This document shows, piece by piece, positions 29,714 to 39,685 of a DNA stretch of 64,000 nucleotides. The notes below the pieces were generated by a model, which did no database searches, had not been told where the DNA came from, and worked only from the letters and a program-made list of their open reading frames with translations. This DNA comes from Candidatus Methanomethylophilaceae archaeon (GTDB taxonomy: Archaea; Thermoplasmatota; Thermoplasmata; Methanomassiliicoccales; Methanomethylophilaceae), in contig JBMNHS010000001.1 of the NCBI GenBank assembly GCA_050950505.1, forward strand, positions 1 through 64,000, given 5' to 3'. A program made the position numbers and the translations under genes. Within the stretch, counting starts at the first letter, position 1. Every line of letters starts with the position of its first letter.

Positions 29714-30765
29714 TGGTGTCCAGGGACGTAATGAGAAGCACCGCCAGAGACTTCAGGAAATATTACAATCCCAAAATCGGAAAAGAAATCCGATTGGACA
29801 CGAACGTCAACGTTCTCGGTTCCAACCCGGCCGCCAAAAAATTCCTTTCGGAATGGGACGGGGACATAAACGGATATCCGAACACGTACTCGGACGACCT
29901 CAGAAGCAATCTCGCCGAACTTTACGGATTGGAACGGGAAAACTTCATTGCGGGAAACGGTTCCGATGAAATTCTTGACGTCATATTCAAAGCATTCACG
30001 GAATGGAAGGACGACTGCGCCGTCCCCGTGCCCTCTTACGCTCTTTACGATTATTTCGTGAAAGTCAACGGCGGAAGCACCATTGAGGTGGATCTCACCG
30101 AAGATTTCCATCTCGACGTGGACGCTTTCATCAAAACCGACGCGAAAATAGCAATCATGCCCTCACCGAACAACCCCACGGGAAACGCTTTCCGCCAAAA
30201 AGACCTGGAAGATATTCTTTCCGGATTCGGCGGAATGGTCGTCGTGGACGAGGCTTACGGGGAATACTGCAAAACCTCCATGATGGACAAAGTCGAAGAA
30301 TTCGACAATCTGATAGTCATCAGGACGTTCTCCAAAGCCTACGCCATGGCGGGACTGAGAGTCGGATACGCCGCCTCCAATCTCGACGTGTCGGAAATGA
30401 TGAACTGCGTGAAAATTCCCTATTCGGTGAACATGCTCAGCGAAGGCGCCGCGATGGCCGCGGTCAGAGATCGGAAATTCATCAGGGACAGCGTTGCCCT
30501 GATCGACGAACAGCGCCCCAAACTCGATGCGGGACTAAGGTCCCTCGGTTTCAGAACCTATCCTTCGGATTCCAATTTCATATTGGCCGAATCCCCCGTA
30601 AATCACGAAGTATTGGTCAAAGGTCTGAAGGAAAGAGGAATTCTGATACGTGATTTCGGTTCCGGCAGAAGAACGAAAAACTGTGTGCGCATCACCGTGG
30701 GCACCGAAGAAATGAACCGTCTGCTTCTTGCAAAAACGGAAGAGATTGTCAACGGTCGGAAGTGA
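29710..30765 (+). CDS. hisC: Histidinol-phosphate aminotransferase
   Basis: GNGSDEI, PNNPTG, DEAY, RTFSKAYAMAGLRVGY. Confidence 0.93.
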   Translation: MMVSRDVMRSTARDFRKYYNPKIGKEIRLDTNVNVLGSNPAAKKFLSEWDGDINGYPNTYSDDLRSNLAELYGLERENFIAGNGSDEILDVIFKAFTEWKDDCAVPVPSYALYDYFVKVNGGSTIEVDLTEDFHLDVDAFIKTDAKIAIMPSPNNPTGNAFRQKDLEDILSGFGGMVVVDEAYGEYCKTSMMDKVEEFDNLIVIRTFSKAYAMAGLRVGYAASNLDVSEMMNCVKIPYSVNMLSEGAAMAAVRDRKFIRDSVALIDEQRPKLDAGLRSLGFRTYPSDSNFILAESPVNHEVLVKGLKERGILIRDFGSGRRTKNCVRITVGTEEMNRLLLAKTEEIVNGRK

Positions 30766-30790
30766 CCGGAGACTTCACGGAGAATCAAAA

Positions 30791-31504
30791 ATGATAATCA
30801 TCCCCGCGGTGGACATGTTGGACGGGCAGGTGGTTCAGCTTGTGGGCGGAGAACCCGGAAGCGAACAGCTCAAACTTCCCGACCCTTTCGAAACCGCGAT
30901 TTCATGGGTTGACAAAGGAGCCGAATATCTTCATCTCGTGGATTTGGACGCCGCTTTCGGCAAAGGGGACAATCTGCGGTCGATCGAAAAAATAGTTAAA
31001 GAATCCGGAGTTCCGGCGGAAGCCGGAGGAGGAATCCGTTCCACGGAAACCGTCGACAGACTTATCGGAATGGGCGTCGACCGGGTTGTGGTGGGCACGA
31101 AAGCCGTGACCGAGCCCGAATGGCTGACCGAAATCTCACTTAAACATCCCGGCCGGATAGCCTTGGCGATGGATACCCGGGGGGACAGAATCGCGGTCAA
31201 AGGCTGGCAGGACTCCGCGGAAACAACTGTCAGAGACATGTTCGGAATAATTGAAAATCTCCCCCTTGCCGCAGTGTTGAACACCAACGTGGACGTCGAA
31301 GGCCGTAAAGGCGGAATAGATGAAAAACAGGCCAAGGAATTCATATCCGCCTGTCCCCACAAAGTAATCGCTTCCGGCGGCGTGACCGATATCGGTGATG
31401 CGGAACTCCTGAAAGACCTCGGGGCTTACGCCGCGGTGGTCGGTCTGGCCCTCTATACCGATGAAATAAGACCGTGGGAATGGCCGAAACCCTGGCGGAT
31501 TTGA
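30791..31504 (+). CDS. hisA: ProFAR isomerase
   Basis: IIPAVDMLDGQVVQL, HLVDLDAA, GGGIRS, ASGGV. Confidence 0.93.
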   Translation: MIIIPAVDMLDGQVVQLVGGEPGSEQLKLPDPFETAISWVDKGAEYLHLVDLDAAFGKGDNLRSIEKIVKESGVPAEAGGGIRSTETVDRLIGMGVDRVVVGTKAVTEPEWLTEISLKHPGRIALAMDTRGDRIAVKGWQDSAETTVRDMFGIIENLPLAAVLNTNVDVEGRKGGIDEKQAKEFISACPHKVIASGGVTDIGDAELLKDLGAYAAVVGLALYTDEIRPWEWPKPWRI

Positions 31505-31573
31505 ATATTCTTCGTACCCGGCAACGGTTGATACGATAATCTTAATATACGGTGGTTCGGTTTTGATGGTTCA

Positions 31574-31963
31574 ATGTATTTTCCATGCGAATTGATTGTC
31601 ACAGATGTCCTTCCCACCGCTCGCAGTGCTTTAGCCAGGAGTCTGATTGAAAGGCATGGTTACAAACAGATTGACGTTGCCAGATCTTTCGGCGTCACGG
31701 GTTCCGCCGTTTCCCAGTATCTCAAGGGAGTGCGAGGAAGCAGCCAAGTCATAGACGACAGCCCCCAAAGCGAAGGTTTCTACAAAATGATCGACACGGC
31801 CGCCGACGCCATCGCCGAAGGATTGAACAGTGTCGAATTGCTTTGTGACGTCTGCAGATTCGTTAAGGACAGCGGCTTGATTCACGAATTGTGCGCCGCA
31901 AAAAAGATCGACGGCAAAATCGTGAACTGCGTGGAATGCCCCCGCGTGAACATGACGCTCTGA
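31574..31963 (+). CDS. HTH transcriptional regulator (COG2522-like)
   Basis: PCE.IV..VLP..R..LA, Q..VA..FGVT.SAVSQYL.G.RG, CxxC. Confidence 0.8.
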   Translation: MYFPCELIVTDVLPTARSALARSLIERHGYKQIDVARSFGVTGSAVSQYLKGVRGSSQVIDDSPQSEGFYKMIDTAADAIAEGLNSVELLCDVCRFVKDSGLIHELCAAKKIDGKIVNCVECPRVNMTL

Positions 31964-32010
31964 CCGGCGCGAAACAATTATTATTATAGATATGAGCTCT
32001 CTTACCCGCA

Positions 32011-32559
32011 ATGACCGGAAGAATGGCTAAATTGGAACGCAACACCCGGGAAACTCAGGTAGTCGCCGAACTGAACCTAGACGGTACCGGCGAATTCCGC
32101 GTGGAATGCGAAATTCAGTTTCTGAAACACATGGTCGAAACGATGGCCAGGTACGCCTCTTTCGATCTTAAGATGAATGCGGGAGGAGACAACGACCACC
32201 ACATCATCGAAGACGTGGCCATAACCCTCGGCACCGTGACGAAAATGTGTCTCGGCGAAGAACCCGTCGAACGCGTTGCCACGGAATTCGTTCCCATGGA
32301 TGACGCTCTGGTCATGGTTTCCCTGGATATCGTCGACCGTCCCTATGCCGACGTGGACTGTCCCGATCCCATTTACGCCCACTTTTTCAGAAGCTTTGCC
32401 ATGGCCGCCGGCCTGACGCTGCACATCGACGTGATACGGGGATTCGATGAACACCACATAGTGGAAGCATCGTTCAAGGCTCTCGGCAAAGCGCTTCACA
32501 GAGCCACCAGGGTGCGCGGAAGCGAACTCAGCACCAAGGACCGGGTGGAGGTCCGGTAA
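32011..32559 (+). CDS. hisB: Imidazoleglycerol-phosphate dehydratase
   Basis: RNTRET, DHHIIED, PMDDAL, HHIVEASFKA, STK. Confidence 0.94.
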   Translation: MTGRMAKLERNTRETQVVAELNLDGTGEFRVECEIQFLKHMVETMARYASFDLKMNAGGDNDHHIIEDVAITLGTVTKMCLGEEPVERVATEFVPMDDALVMVSLDIVDRPYADVDCPDPIYAHFFRSFAMAAGLTLHIDVIRGFDEHHIVEASFKALGKALHRATRVRGSELSTKDRVEVR

Positions 32560-33302
32560 TGATTCCCAAAAGGATCGTTCCGTGCCTTGACATGAGGGAC
32601 GGAAAGGTCGTGAAAGGCATACGTTTCGAAGACATACGGGACGTGGGAGACCCCGCGGACATGGCCGTGTCCTATGAAAAACAGGGTGCCGACGAAATAA
32701 TGGTGCTTGATATTTCAGGAAACAAGGAACTTTCCCTGAAAGTCGTGTCGGAGATTTCAAAAAAGATTTCAATACCCCTGTGTTTCGGCGGAGGCATAAG
32801 AACCGTCAAAGACGCGGAGGATTTCATCAACGCGGGAGCCGACAGAATTTCCATAGGTTCCGCCGCGGTTTCAGCACCGGATCTGATATCCGAATGTTCG
32901 GAAAAATTCGGTAAAGACAGAATCATCGTCGCCATCGACGCACGCAAAGAAGAAAACGGTTGGAACGTGTACGTGAAAGGCGGAAAGGAAAACACCGGAA
33001 TGGACGCAGGCGAATGGGCGGTCAGGGCCGAGAAACTCGGTGCGGGGGAAATACTCCTGACTTCCATGGACGGGGACGGTGCGAAAACCGGATACGACAT
33101 ACCGTTGACCTCCCTTGTCTCGGATTCCGTTGAAATCCCCGTGATAGCTTCCGGAGGCTGCGGTTCCGTCGAACACATTTACGAAGTGTTCGACAAGACG
33201 GATGCGTCCGCCGCATTGGCCGCATCGGTGTTCCACTACGGAGAAATGAAAGTGTCCGAAGCCAAAGAATATCTCAGAAACAAAGGAGTGACAATCAGAT
33301 GA
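32559..33302 (+). CDS. hisF: Imidazole glycerol phosphate synthase cyclase subunit
   Basis: KRIVPCLD, GAGEILLTSMD.DG, IASGG.G, ASVFHY. Confidence 0.95.
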   Translation: MIPKRIVPCLDMRDGKVVKGIRFEDIRDVGDPADMAVSYEKQGADEIMVLDISGNKELSLKVVSEISKKISIPLCFGGGIRTVKDAEDFINAGADRISIGSAAVSAPDLISECSEKFGKDRIIVAIDARKEENGWNVYVKGGKENTGMDAGEWAVRAEKLGAGEILLTSMDGDGAKTGYDIPLTSLVSDSVEIPVIASGGCGSVEHIYEVFDKTDASAALAASVFHYGEMKVSEAKEYLRNKGVTIR

Positions 33303-33901
33303 CTGAACTTACGTACGACGAAAACGGACTGATACCCGTGGTTGTCCAGGATTGGAAAACCAACGAGGTGTTGATGGTCGCATGGGCGAACGAGGAAGCC
33401 GTGAACCTTATGAACACCACGGGATACACCCACTTTTGGTCCAGAAGCAGAAAGAAACTCTGGAAGAAAGGCGAAGAGTCCGGACACGTTCAGAAAATCG
33501 TTTCGGTGCAGACGGACTGCGACACCGACACTTTGCTTGTGAAAGTGCGTCAGACGGGAAACGCCTGCCACCTGGAAAAACCCTCCTGTTTCGATGCCGT
33601 TCTCGAAGGTTCCCCGGAAAGAACCGTGGCGGTCATCCCCGAACTCGCAAGGACCATAAAAGACAGGAAAGAAAACCCCTCGGAAGAAAGCTACACCTGC
33701 AAACTCATGAACAACAAGGTTCAGATGTGCAAGAAAGTCATCGAAGAGGCGGGAGAGTTCGTATTGAGCGTCATGGACGGGGATTTGAAATCCGCATCTT
33801 CGGAGCTTGCGGATCTTATTTACCACGTGATGGTGGTCATCGAAGCGGAAGATATACCTTTGGAAGACACATACGGAGAATTGTCGGAGAGAAGCCAATG
33901 A
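33299..33901 (+). CDS. hisIE: Bifunctional PRA-CH/PRA-PH
   Basis: WSRSR..LW.KGEESG, DCDTD, ACH...SCF, KKVIEEAGE, ADLIYH. Confidence 0.94.
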   Translation: MTELTYDENGLIPVVVQDWKTNEVLMVAWANEEAVNLMNTTGYTHFWSRSRKKLWKKGEESGHVQKIVSVQTDCDTDTLLVKVRQTGNACHLEKPSCFDAVLEGSPERTVAVIPELARTIKDRKENPSEESYTCKLMNNKVQMCKKVIEEAGEFVLSVMDGDLKSASSELADLIYHVMVVIEAEDIPLEDTYGELSERSQ

Positions 33902-34545
33902 GAGCCGATTTGCACACACACACTTTGTTCAGCGACGGAGAACTCGTTCCGTCGGAGCTCGTAAGAAGAGCCGCGGTATTGGGGCACAGCGCACTCGCCA
34001 TCACCGACCACGTGGACGCCGTCAATCTGGAATACGTGGTATCCAACATCGTCAAGGCCTCGGATCTGAGCAATGACGTCATCAAAGTCATTCCGGGAGT
34101 GGAGATAACCCACGTCCCCCCTTCGGATATCGCCGAAGTGGCGGACAGAGCCCTGGAAATGGGTGCCGAATGGATTGTCGTCCACGGGGAAACCGTGGCG
34201 GAACCCGTTGCCGAAGGAACCAACCTTGCCGCAGCTGAAAATCCAAAAATCAATGTTCTTGCCCACCCCGGATTCCTGTCCGAGGAAGCTGCCGAAGCCG
34301 CCGTGAAGAACGGCGTGATCATTGAAATCACAGGCAGGATGTGGCACAACATCACCAACGGGTACGTTGCCAACATGGCCCGCAGAGTCGGTGCCAAAAT
34401 GGTGGTGAACTCCGATACCCACGCCCCCCAGAACCTTCTGACCGAACAGGACGCGATCAACATCGCGCTGGGCGCGGGACTGACCCCCGAGGAAAGTCAC
34501 GATGCCGTGAGGGTCACCCCCTTTGAGGCGATAAGGCATCTCTGA
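33898..34545 (+). CDS. PHP-family phosphoesterase, probable histidinol-phosphate phosphatase
   Basis: DLHTHT..SDG, ITDH, VHGET, AHPG, NSDTH; overlaps the hisIE stop. Confidence 0.8.
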   Translation: MRADLHTHTLFSDGELVPSELVRRAAVLGHSALAITDHVDAVNLEYVVSNIVKASDLSNDVIKVIPGVEITHVPPSDIAEVADRALEMGAEWIVVHGETVAEPVAEGTNLAAAENPKINVLAHPGFLSEEAAEAAVKNGVIIEITGRMWHNITNGYVANMARRVGAKMVVNSDTHAPQNLLTEQDAINIALGAGLTPEESHDAVRVTPFEAIRHL

Positions 34546-34599
34546 GGCCTGCGAAACCCCATCCTGCGTTTCTTTATACTTTAATCCTAATCCGCAATC

Positions 34600-35388
34600 A
34601 TGCCCAAAATTGCGATAATAGGCGGTACGGGAATACACAACAAAGAAGCATTCAAGGTGGAATCCACCGTGTTTCCCGATACTCCGTACGGTAAACCCTC
34701 CGATGAAATTCAGATCGGAAAATTCAACGGTGTGGACGTTGCGTTTCTGTACCGTCATGCCGAAGATCACCACATCAACCCCACCGGGGTGCCTTACAGG
34801 GCCAACATATGGGCTTTGAAGAAGCTCGGGGTGGAAATGGTCATATCCGCGTGCGCGGTGGGTTCCCTCAAGGAAGAATACGCACCGGGGGATTTGGTCA
34901 TAGTTGATGATTTCATAGACTTCACGAGACACCGGGATCTGACCTTCATTGACGACGCGGCCGTTCATATAAGCCTTCCCGAACCTTTCTGCCCCCATAT
35001 GGCCGATGTCTTCGGAGGCGTAGCGGAAGAAATGGGAATAAAGCATCACGAGGGCGGAACCTACATTTGCATCGAAGGTCCCCGTTTCTCGACCAAGGCG
35101 GAAAGCAACATGTTCCGCAACTTCGCGGACATCATCGGCATGACCCTGGTTCCCGAATGCCAACTCGCCAAGGAACTGGGTATGTGCTACTGCAGTCTGG
35201 CGACGATAACCGATTACGACATGTGGAAAGACGAGCACGTTGACACCCACATGGTGAGAAAGGTCATGGCGGAAAATTCCGAAAACGTGGTGGAACTTCT
35301 GAAAAGAGGTCTGCCGAAAATTGTGTTTGACAAATGCGATTGTGCCGCCGATGCCAAAAACGCGGGATCGGTGGATTTGAAGGTCTGA
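34600..35388 (+). CDS. mtnP: S-methyl-5'-thioadenosine/purine nucleoside phosphorylase
   Basis: IIGGTG, TPYG.PS, YRANIWAL, EGPRFSTKAES, GMT..PE, TDYD. Confidence 0.9.
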   Translation: MPKIAIIGGTGIHNKEAFKVESTVFPDTPYGKPSDEIQIGKFNGVDVAFLYRHAEDHHINPTGVPYRANIWALKKLGVEMVISACAVGSLKEEYAPGDLVIVDDFIDFTRHRDLTFIDDAAVHISLPEPFCPHMADVFGGVAEEMGIKHHEGGTYICIEGPRFSTKAESNMFRNFADIIGMTLVPECQLAKELGMCYCSLATITDYDMWKDEHVDTHMVRKVMAENSENVVELLKRGLPKIVFDKCDCAADAKNAGSVDLKV

Positions 35389-35390
35389 AG

Positions 35391-37565
35391 ATGAGCGGGG
35401 GATCCCGAATAAGAATACGGGGGACCGTCCAGGGAGTGGGATTCCGCCCTGCGGTTTACCGTACGGCTTCCGGACTCGGAATCGACGGAACCGTGAGAAA
35501 CGACGGTTCGGACGTAATCATCGAGTGCGAACAGGGAGAAAAGTTGCTCAAAGAACTGATTGAAAACCTTCCCCCTTTGGCGGTCATCGAAGACATCCGT
35601 TCCGAAAAAGCGGACCTGTCATTCGCCAAGGGATTCAGAATCATCGATTCTTCCCCCGGAAAGGGTTCGGTTTCCATCCCCACCGATACCGCAATCTGCG
35701 ACAGGTGCCTGGAAGAAATAAGATCTCCCGGAAGAAGACGGGGTTATCCCTTCACGTCCTGTACCGACTGCGGCGCCAGGTTCACTTTGCTTGAATCCCT
35801 TCCTTATGACAGAAAGAACACATCGATGGAAGAATTTCCCATGTGTCCCGAATGCAAAAAGGAATTCGGAGATCCGGAGAACAGAAGATTACACCATCAG
35901 ACCATATGTTGCCCGAAATGCGGCCCCGTTTACCGGTTGGTGAACAACAAAGGGGAAAGCATTCCCGGAGACCCGATTCCGACTTTCGCCCGTATGCTTT
36001 CCGAAGGCAAAGTGGGAGTGGCCAAAAGCTGGGGCGGGATGCATATCTGCGGCACCCTCAAGAACGTCGGACGGCTGAGGGAATGGTACGGAAGGCCTCA
36101 GAAACCTTTCGCCGTGATGGTCCGTGACACGGAGGCCGTGAAAAAATACGGAAATCCCGACGAAAACGAATTGTCGGCTTTGACGTCCCCCCACCGTCCC
36201 ATCGTTCTGGTGAACAAAAGAAACATACCCGAATCCGTGGCCCCGGGCCTGGACAACGTGGGAATGTTTCTGCCGTACACGGGAATGCAGCATCTTATCT
36301 TCGACAATCTCGAAGAAGACGTCTTGATAATGACTTCCGCGAATCCCCCCGGAGAACCCATGATTACAAGGGATTCGGATGTCATGGAAATGGAAGCGGA
36401 CATGTATCTGCTGCATGACAGAAACATAGTGAACCGGGCGGACGACAGCGTGCTGCGGATGTACAGAAACCACACGTTTTATCTCAGAAAATCCAGAGGG
36501 AGCATTCCCTCTTTCATTGACTCCCTGGGACTGAAAGGTTCGGTCGTAGGAATCGGCGCCCAGGAAAACCTGTCCGGATCCGTTTCGGGAGACGGCAGGA
36601 TATACCAGACCCAGTTTGTGGGCGACGGTGCCGGAATCGGCGTTCCCGAATATCTTGAAAGTTCGATTGTGAGTCTGGCGGATATGACGGGATCCGAACC
36701 GGAACTTGTCGTAATGGATATGCATCCCGCATATTCCACCCGCAAAGTCGGAAAGAATCTTTCCGGGAAATATGACGTTCCTCTCGTCGAAGTGCAGCAC
36801 CATTGGGCCCACGCGGCTTCGCTGCTTGCGGACAACGGTCTGACCGGAGGAACGGTTTTGACCCTTGACGGAACGGGATACGGAAGCGACGGAAACGCTT
36901 GGGGCGGAGAGGTGCTGTCAACGGATTTGAAGAGTTTCACACGGGATGCCCATTTGGAAAACATTCCGTTGTTGGGTGCCGAAAAAGCCGTTTATGATTT
37001 GAAACGTCTTAAATTCGCCGTTGACGTCATCAACGGGAAAGAATCGGATCTGTTCCCCGAACGGGAAGCTTCGATACTGAAGAAACTCATGAACACCAGC
37101 GTGAAGAGTTCTTCCATGGGACGGCTGATGGATACTCTGTCCTTCGTGTTCGGAGTGTGTGAAAAACGGACTTACGACGGCGAACCCTCCATGAAACTGG
37201 AACCGCTGCTGGCCCGCGGCTCGCTGATTCCCGGGTACGAGACTTATGTTGAGAACGGTGTGGTGAAAACCGCCCACCTGTTCGATAAAATCGACCGGAA
37301 CGACAAACCGGAAGACGTGGCATACTCCGTGATTTACAATGTCATGGACGAATTGGTGGCCGTTGCGGTCGAGAATGCTGACCGGACGGGAAACGGATAC
37401 ATAGGCATGTCCGGAGGCGTCACTTACAACCATGCGGTTTCCGAAATCTTCGACGAACTGGGAGGCCGTTCAGACCATGAATTAATATTCCATGACAGAG
37501 TACCGAACGGCGATGGGGGCATATCGGTCGGACAGGCCGCTATCGCGCTGATGATGATTCAATGA
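35391..37565 (+). CDS. hypF: [NiFe]-hydrogenase carbamoyltransferase
   Basis: GTVQGVGFRP, two Zn fingers, MTSANPPGEP, QHHWAH, DGTGYGSDG, PNGDGGISVGQ. Confidence 0.95.
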   Translation: MSGGSRIRIRGTVQGVGFRPAVYRTASGLGIDGTVRNDGSDVIIECEQGEKLLKELIENLPPLAVIEDIRSEKADLSFAKGFRIIDSSPGKGSVSIPTDTAICDRCLEEIRSPGRRRGYPFTSCTDCGARFTLLESLPYDRKNTSMEEFPMCPECKKEFGDPENRRLHHQTICCPKCGPVYRLVNNKGESIPGDPIPTFARMLSEGKVGVAKSWGGMHICGTLKNVGRLREWYGRPQKPFAVMVRDTEAVKKYGNPDENELSALTSPHRPIVLVNKRNIPESVAPGLDNVGMFLPYTGMQHLIFDNLEEDVLIMTSANPPGEPMITRDSDVMEMEADMYLLHDRNIVNRADDSVLRMYRNHTFYLRKSRGSIPSFIDSLGLKGSVVGIGAQENLSGSVSGDGRIYQTQFVGDGAGIGVPEYLESSIVSLADMTGSEPELVVMDMHPAYSTRKVGKNLSGKYDVPLVEVQHHWAHAASLLADNGLTGGTVLTLDGTGYGSDGNAWGGEVLSTDLKSFTRDAHLENIPLLGAEKAVYDLKRLKFAVDVINGKESDLFPEREASILKKLMNTSVKSSSMGRLMDTLSFVFGVCEKRTYDGEPSMKLEPLLARGSLIPGYETYVENGVVKTAHLFDKIDRNDKPEDVAYSVIYNVMDELVAVAVENADRTGNGYIGMSGGVTYNHAVSEIFDELGGRSDHELIFHDRVPNGDGGISVGQAAIALMMIQ

Positions 37566-38557
37566 ACACGTTGTTTGTACTGCTGGACGGGGCGGAAGAT
37601 CATCCGCACCCTCTTCTTGACGGGAAAAAACCCATACATGTAGCGGAAATGCCGTTTTTGAGATCCGGAGCGACACACAGATTCCGCACGACCGGAAAAG
37701 CTTACACCCATCTGTTTCTGAACGAATTTTTCACGGGACATCCTCCCGACAGTTCCAGAGCCGCCCTCGAAGCCTTGGGTCTGGGTCTTGATATGAGCGG
37801 TGACAGAAACGCATTCAGATTCAGCCCCGCAAGATTCGTTGACAACATGATTTACTGGATTTACGATTTGGAGGACGTGAAGGACGACATCGAATTCCAC
37901 ATCATGGACAACCTCTGGATTTTGGAGAAATACGAACCGGACATCAATTTCTTCCTTGAGGGCAGAGCCGTTCTGACCATGGAATATTCCGATGTTCCCG
38001 ATCTGCCCGCGCCGCCGGTCAACACGGCTTACGTTGAGGTTCCGGGGGATTTGGGTAAACTTGTGAACAGAGTGGCTGAAATTTTGAACGGCGTCACCAA
38101 CTATCCCTGGGGATGCGGAAGAATCGGACACGTCCATCCCGGATTCAAATCTTTGGGCAAAATGACCGCAATATCCGACAGTCCCACTTCCCTGGGCATC
38201 TGTTCGTCCCTGGGATACGACATACGTCTGGTGGATGAATTGGAAGACAGGTTCCCAGTCGCCGTCGAGGCTTTGGAACACGGGAACGTGTTTTTGCACA
38301 TAGACGAGGTCGACGAATACAGCCACCAGAAAGACCCGTTCAAGAAAATCGATGTGCTGGAACACACCGACGAACTTATGGAGAAATACTTCTCCCACGC
38401 GGAACGGATTGTTTACTTCACGGATCACGGCACTTCCTGCGTGACCGGCGAACACATTTTAACCGATGTGCCGGTTTGGACAACGTTCGAATGCAATTTG
38501 AAAGAAGGTGAAATCACTCCCTTGAAAGAAGTGATACCCGGAATAATGGGATATTGA
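37562..38557 (+). CDS. Divergent ApgM-like (AlkP superfamily) metalloenzyme
   Basis: LLDGAED.P...L.GK.P, RAALEALG, HIDEVDEYSH, TDHGTSC...H...VP. Confidence 0.75.
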   Translation: MNTLFVLLDGAEDHPHPLLDGKKPIHVAEMPFLRSGATHRFRTTGKAYTHLFLNEFFTGHPPDSSRAALEALGLGLDMSGDRNAFRFSPARFVDNMIYWIYDLEDVKDDIEFHIMDNLWILEKYEPDINFFLEGRAVLTMEYSDVPDLPAPPVNTAYVEVPGDLGKLVNRVAEILNGVTNYPWGCGRIGHVHPGFKSLGKMTAISDSPTSLGICSSLGYDIRLVDELEDRFPVAVEALEHGNVFLHIDEVDEYSHQKDPFKKIDVLEHTDELMEKYFSHAERIVYFTDHGTSCVTGEHILTDVPVWTTFECNLKEGEITPLKEVIPGIMGY

Positions 38558-38566
38558 GGAATTCAT

Positions 38567-39685
38567 ATGACTTACAACGGAAAGCTTCCCGAATCATTGG
38601 AAGTTTGGGGCAACAGAAAAATCGCTGACGATCTGATTGGCAAGATGTGGGGGAAAAGAGGCGTCTTTACCTGTACGGTGGCAAATACCATGACGTCGGT
38701 CCGTCCGGGAATCTCCGATGCGGGGGATACGCCCGAACTTACGCTGTTCACTCCCCCCGCAGATGTGGAACTTCTTGTGAACGGCGAAGTCACCTGCATG
38801 GAAGGCATTCCGATCAACCCCGGCGGAATACCCACACCCGCCACTTTGACCAAAGCCGCCCTTCAGCTTTCCGGCCTGCCGTTTTACATTATCAACGGCG
38901 GAAGCAAAATCAATCCTTTCGTACCCTATTTTGACGTGGGAGGGGAATGCGGACGGGACATAACCACCGGAGACTCGGTTTCCAATGTGAAAGAAGGTTA
39001 TGAAAAAGGAAGAATTCTGGCCAAGTCCCTTGCCCGGGGATACGATTACATCGTAATCAGCGAAAGTTGTGCCGGAGGAACCACGACTGCTTTGGGGGTT
39101 CTTACCGCCATGGGGACCGTAAAAGAAAATCTTGTGAGCAGCAGCTCCCCCAACAATCCCAGGGAACTTAAAACGGAAACCGTGATGATGGGTCTAAAGG
39201 CCGCCGGAATCAAACCCGGGGACTTGGAGAATGACCCGTTGAGAGCGATCGAGTGCGTCGGAGACCCTATGATGCCCGCAAACGTGGGAATGCTCGTGGG
39301 CGCCGCGGAAGCGGGAATTCCGGTTATCGTGGGAGGAGGCACTCAGATGGCCGCGGTCATGGCCGCGGCGGTGAAGATGAATCCTTCCGTCGTGGGAAAC
39401 ATGTTCCAGGGAACCACGGGATGGCTGATGAACGATCCCAATTCCAGCATGGTGAAACTCATGAGCGCCATATCCGAAGACATACCCATAGTTTACGTAA
39501 ATATGGATTACAACAAGAGTCCTTTCGAAGGTCTGCAGGCTTACGAATGGGGATACATCAAAGAAGGTGTCGGATGCGGCGGTGCTTCGGTTGCCGCCAT
39601 TCTCGGAAGCAAAGGCAAGATAACCTGCGACATCCTGCTTGACGAGGTTCACAGGGTATACAAGGAAATCATGGGAATTCAGTGA
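38567..39685 (+). CDS. cobT: Archaeal nicotinate-nucleotide:base phosphoribosyltransferase
   Basis: PGISDAG, PTPA.LT, ES..GGTTTA, SSS, GDPM, GGTQM, KEGVG.GG. Confidence 0.9.
   Translation: MTYNGKLPESLEVWGNRKIADDLIGKMWGKRGVFTCTVANTMTSVRPGISDAGDTPELTLFTPPADVELLVNGEVTCMEGIPINPGGIPTPATLTKAALQLSGLPFYIINGGSKINPFVPYFDVGGECGRDITTGDSVSNVKEGYEKGRILAKSLARGYDYIVISESCAGGTTTALGVLTAMGTVKENLVSSSSPNNPRELKTETVMMGLKAAGIKPGDLENDPLRAIECVGDPMMPANVGMLVGAAEAGIPVIVGGGTQMAAVMAAAVKMNPSVVGNMFQGTTGWLMNDPNSSMVKLMSAISEDIPIVYVNMDYNKSPFEGLQAYEWGYIKEGVGCGGASVAAILGSKGKITCDILLDEVHRVYKEIMGIQ

Noticed and set aside
33352-33897. N-terminal extension or fusion of the PHP protein (397-aa ORF)
   Set aside because: It overlaps hisIE out of frame; the real start is ATG 33898, coupled to the hisIE stop.
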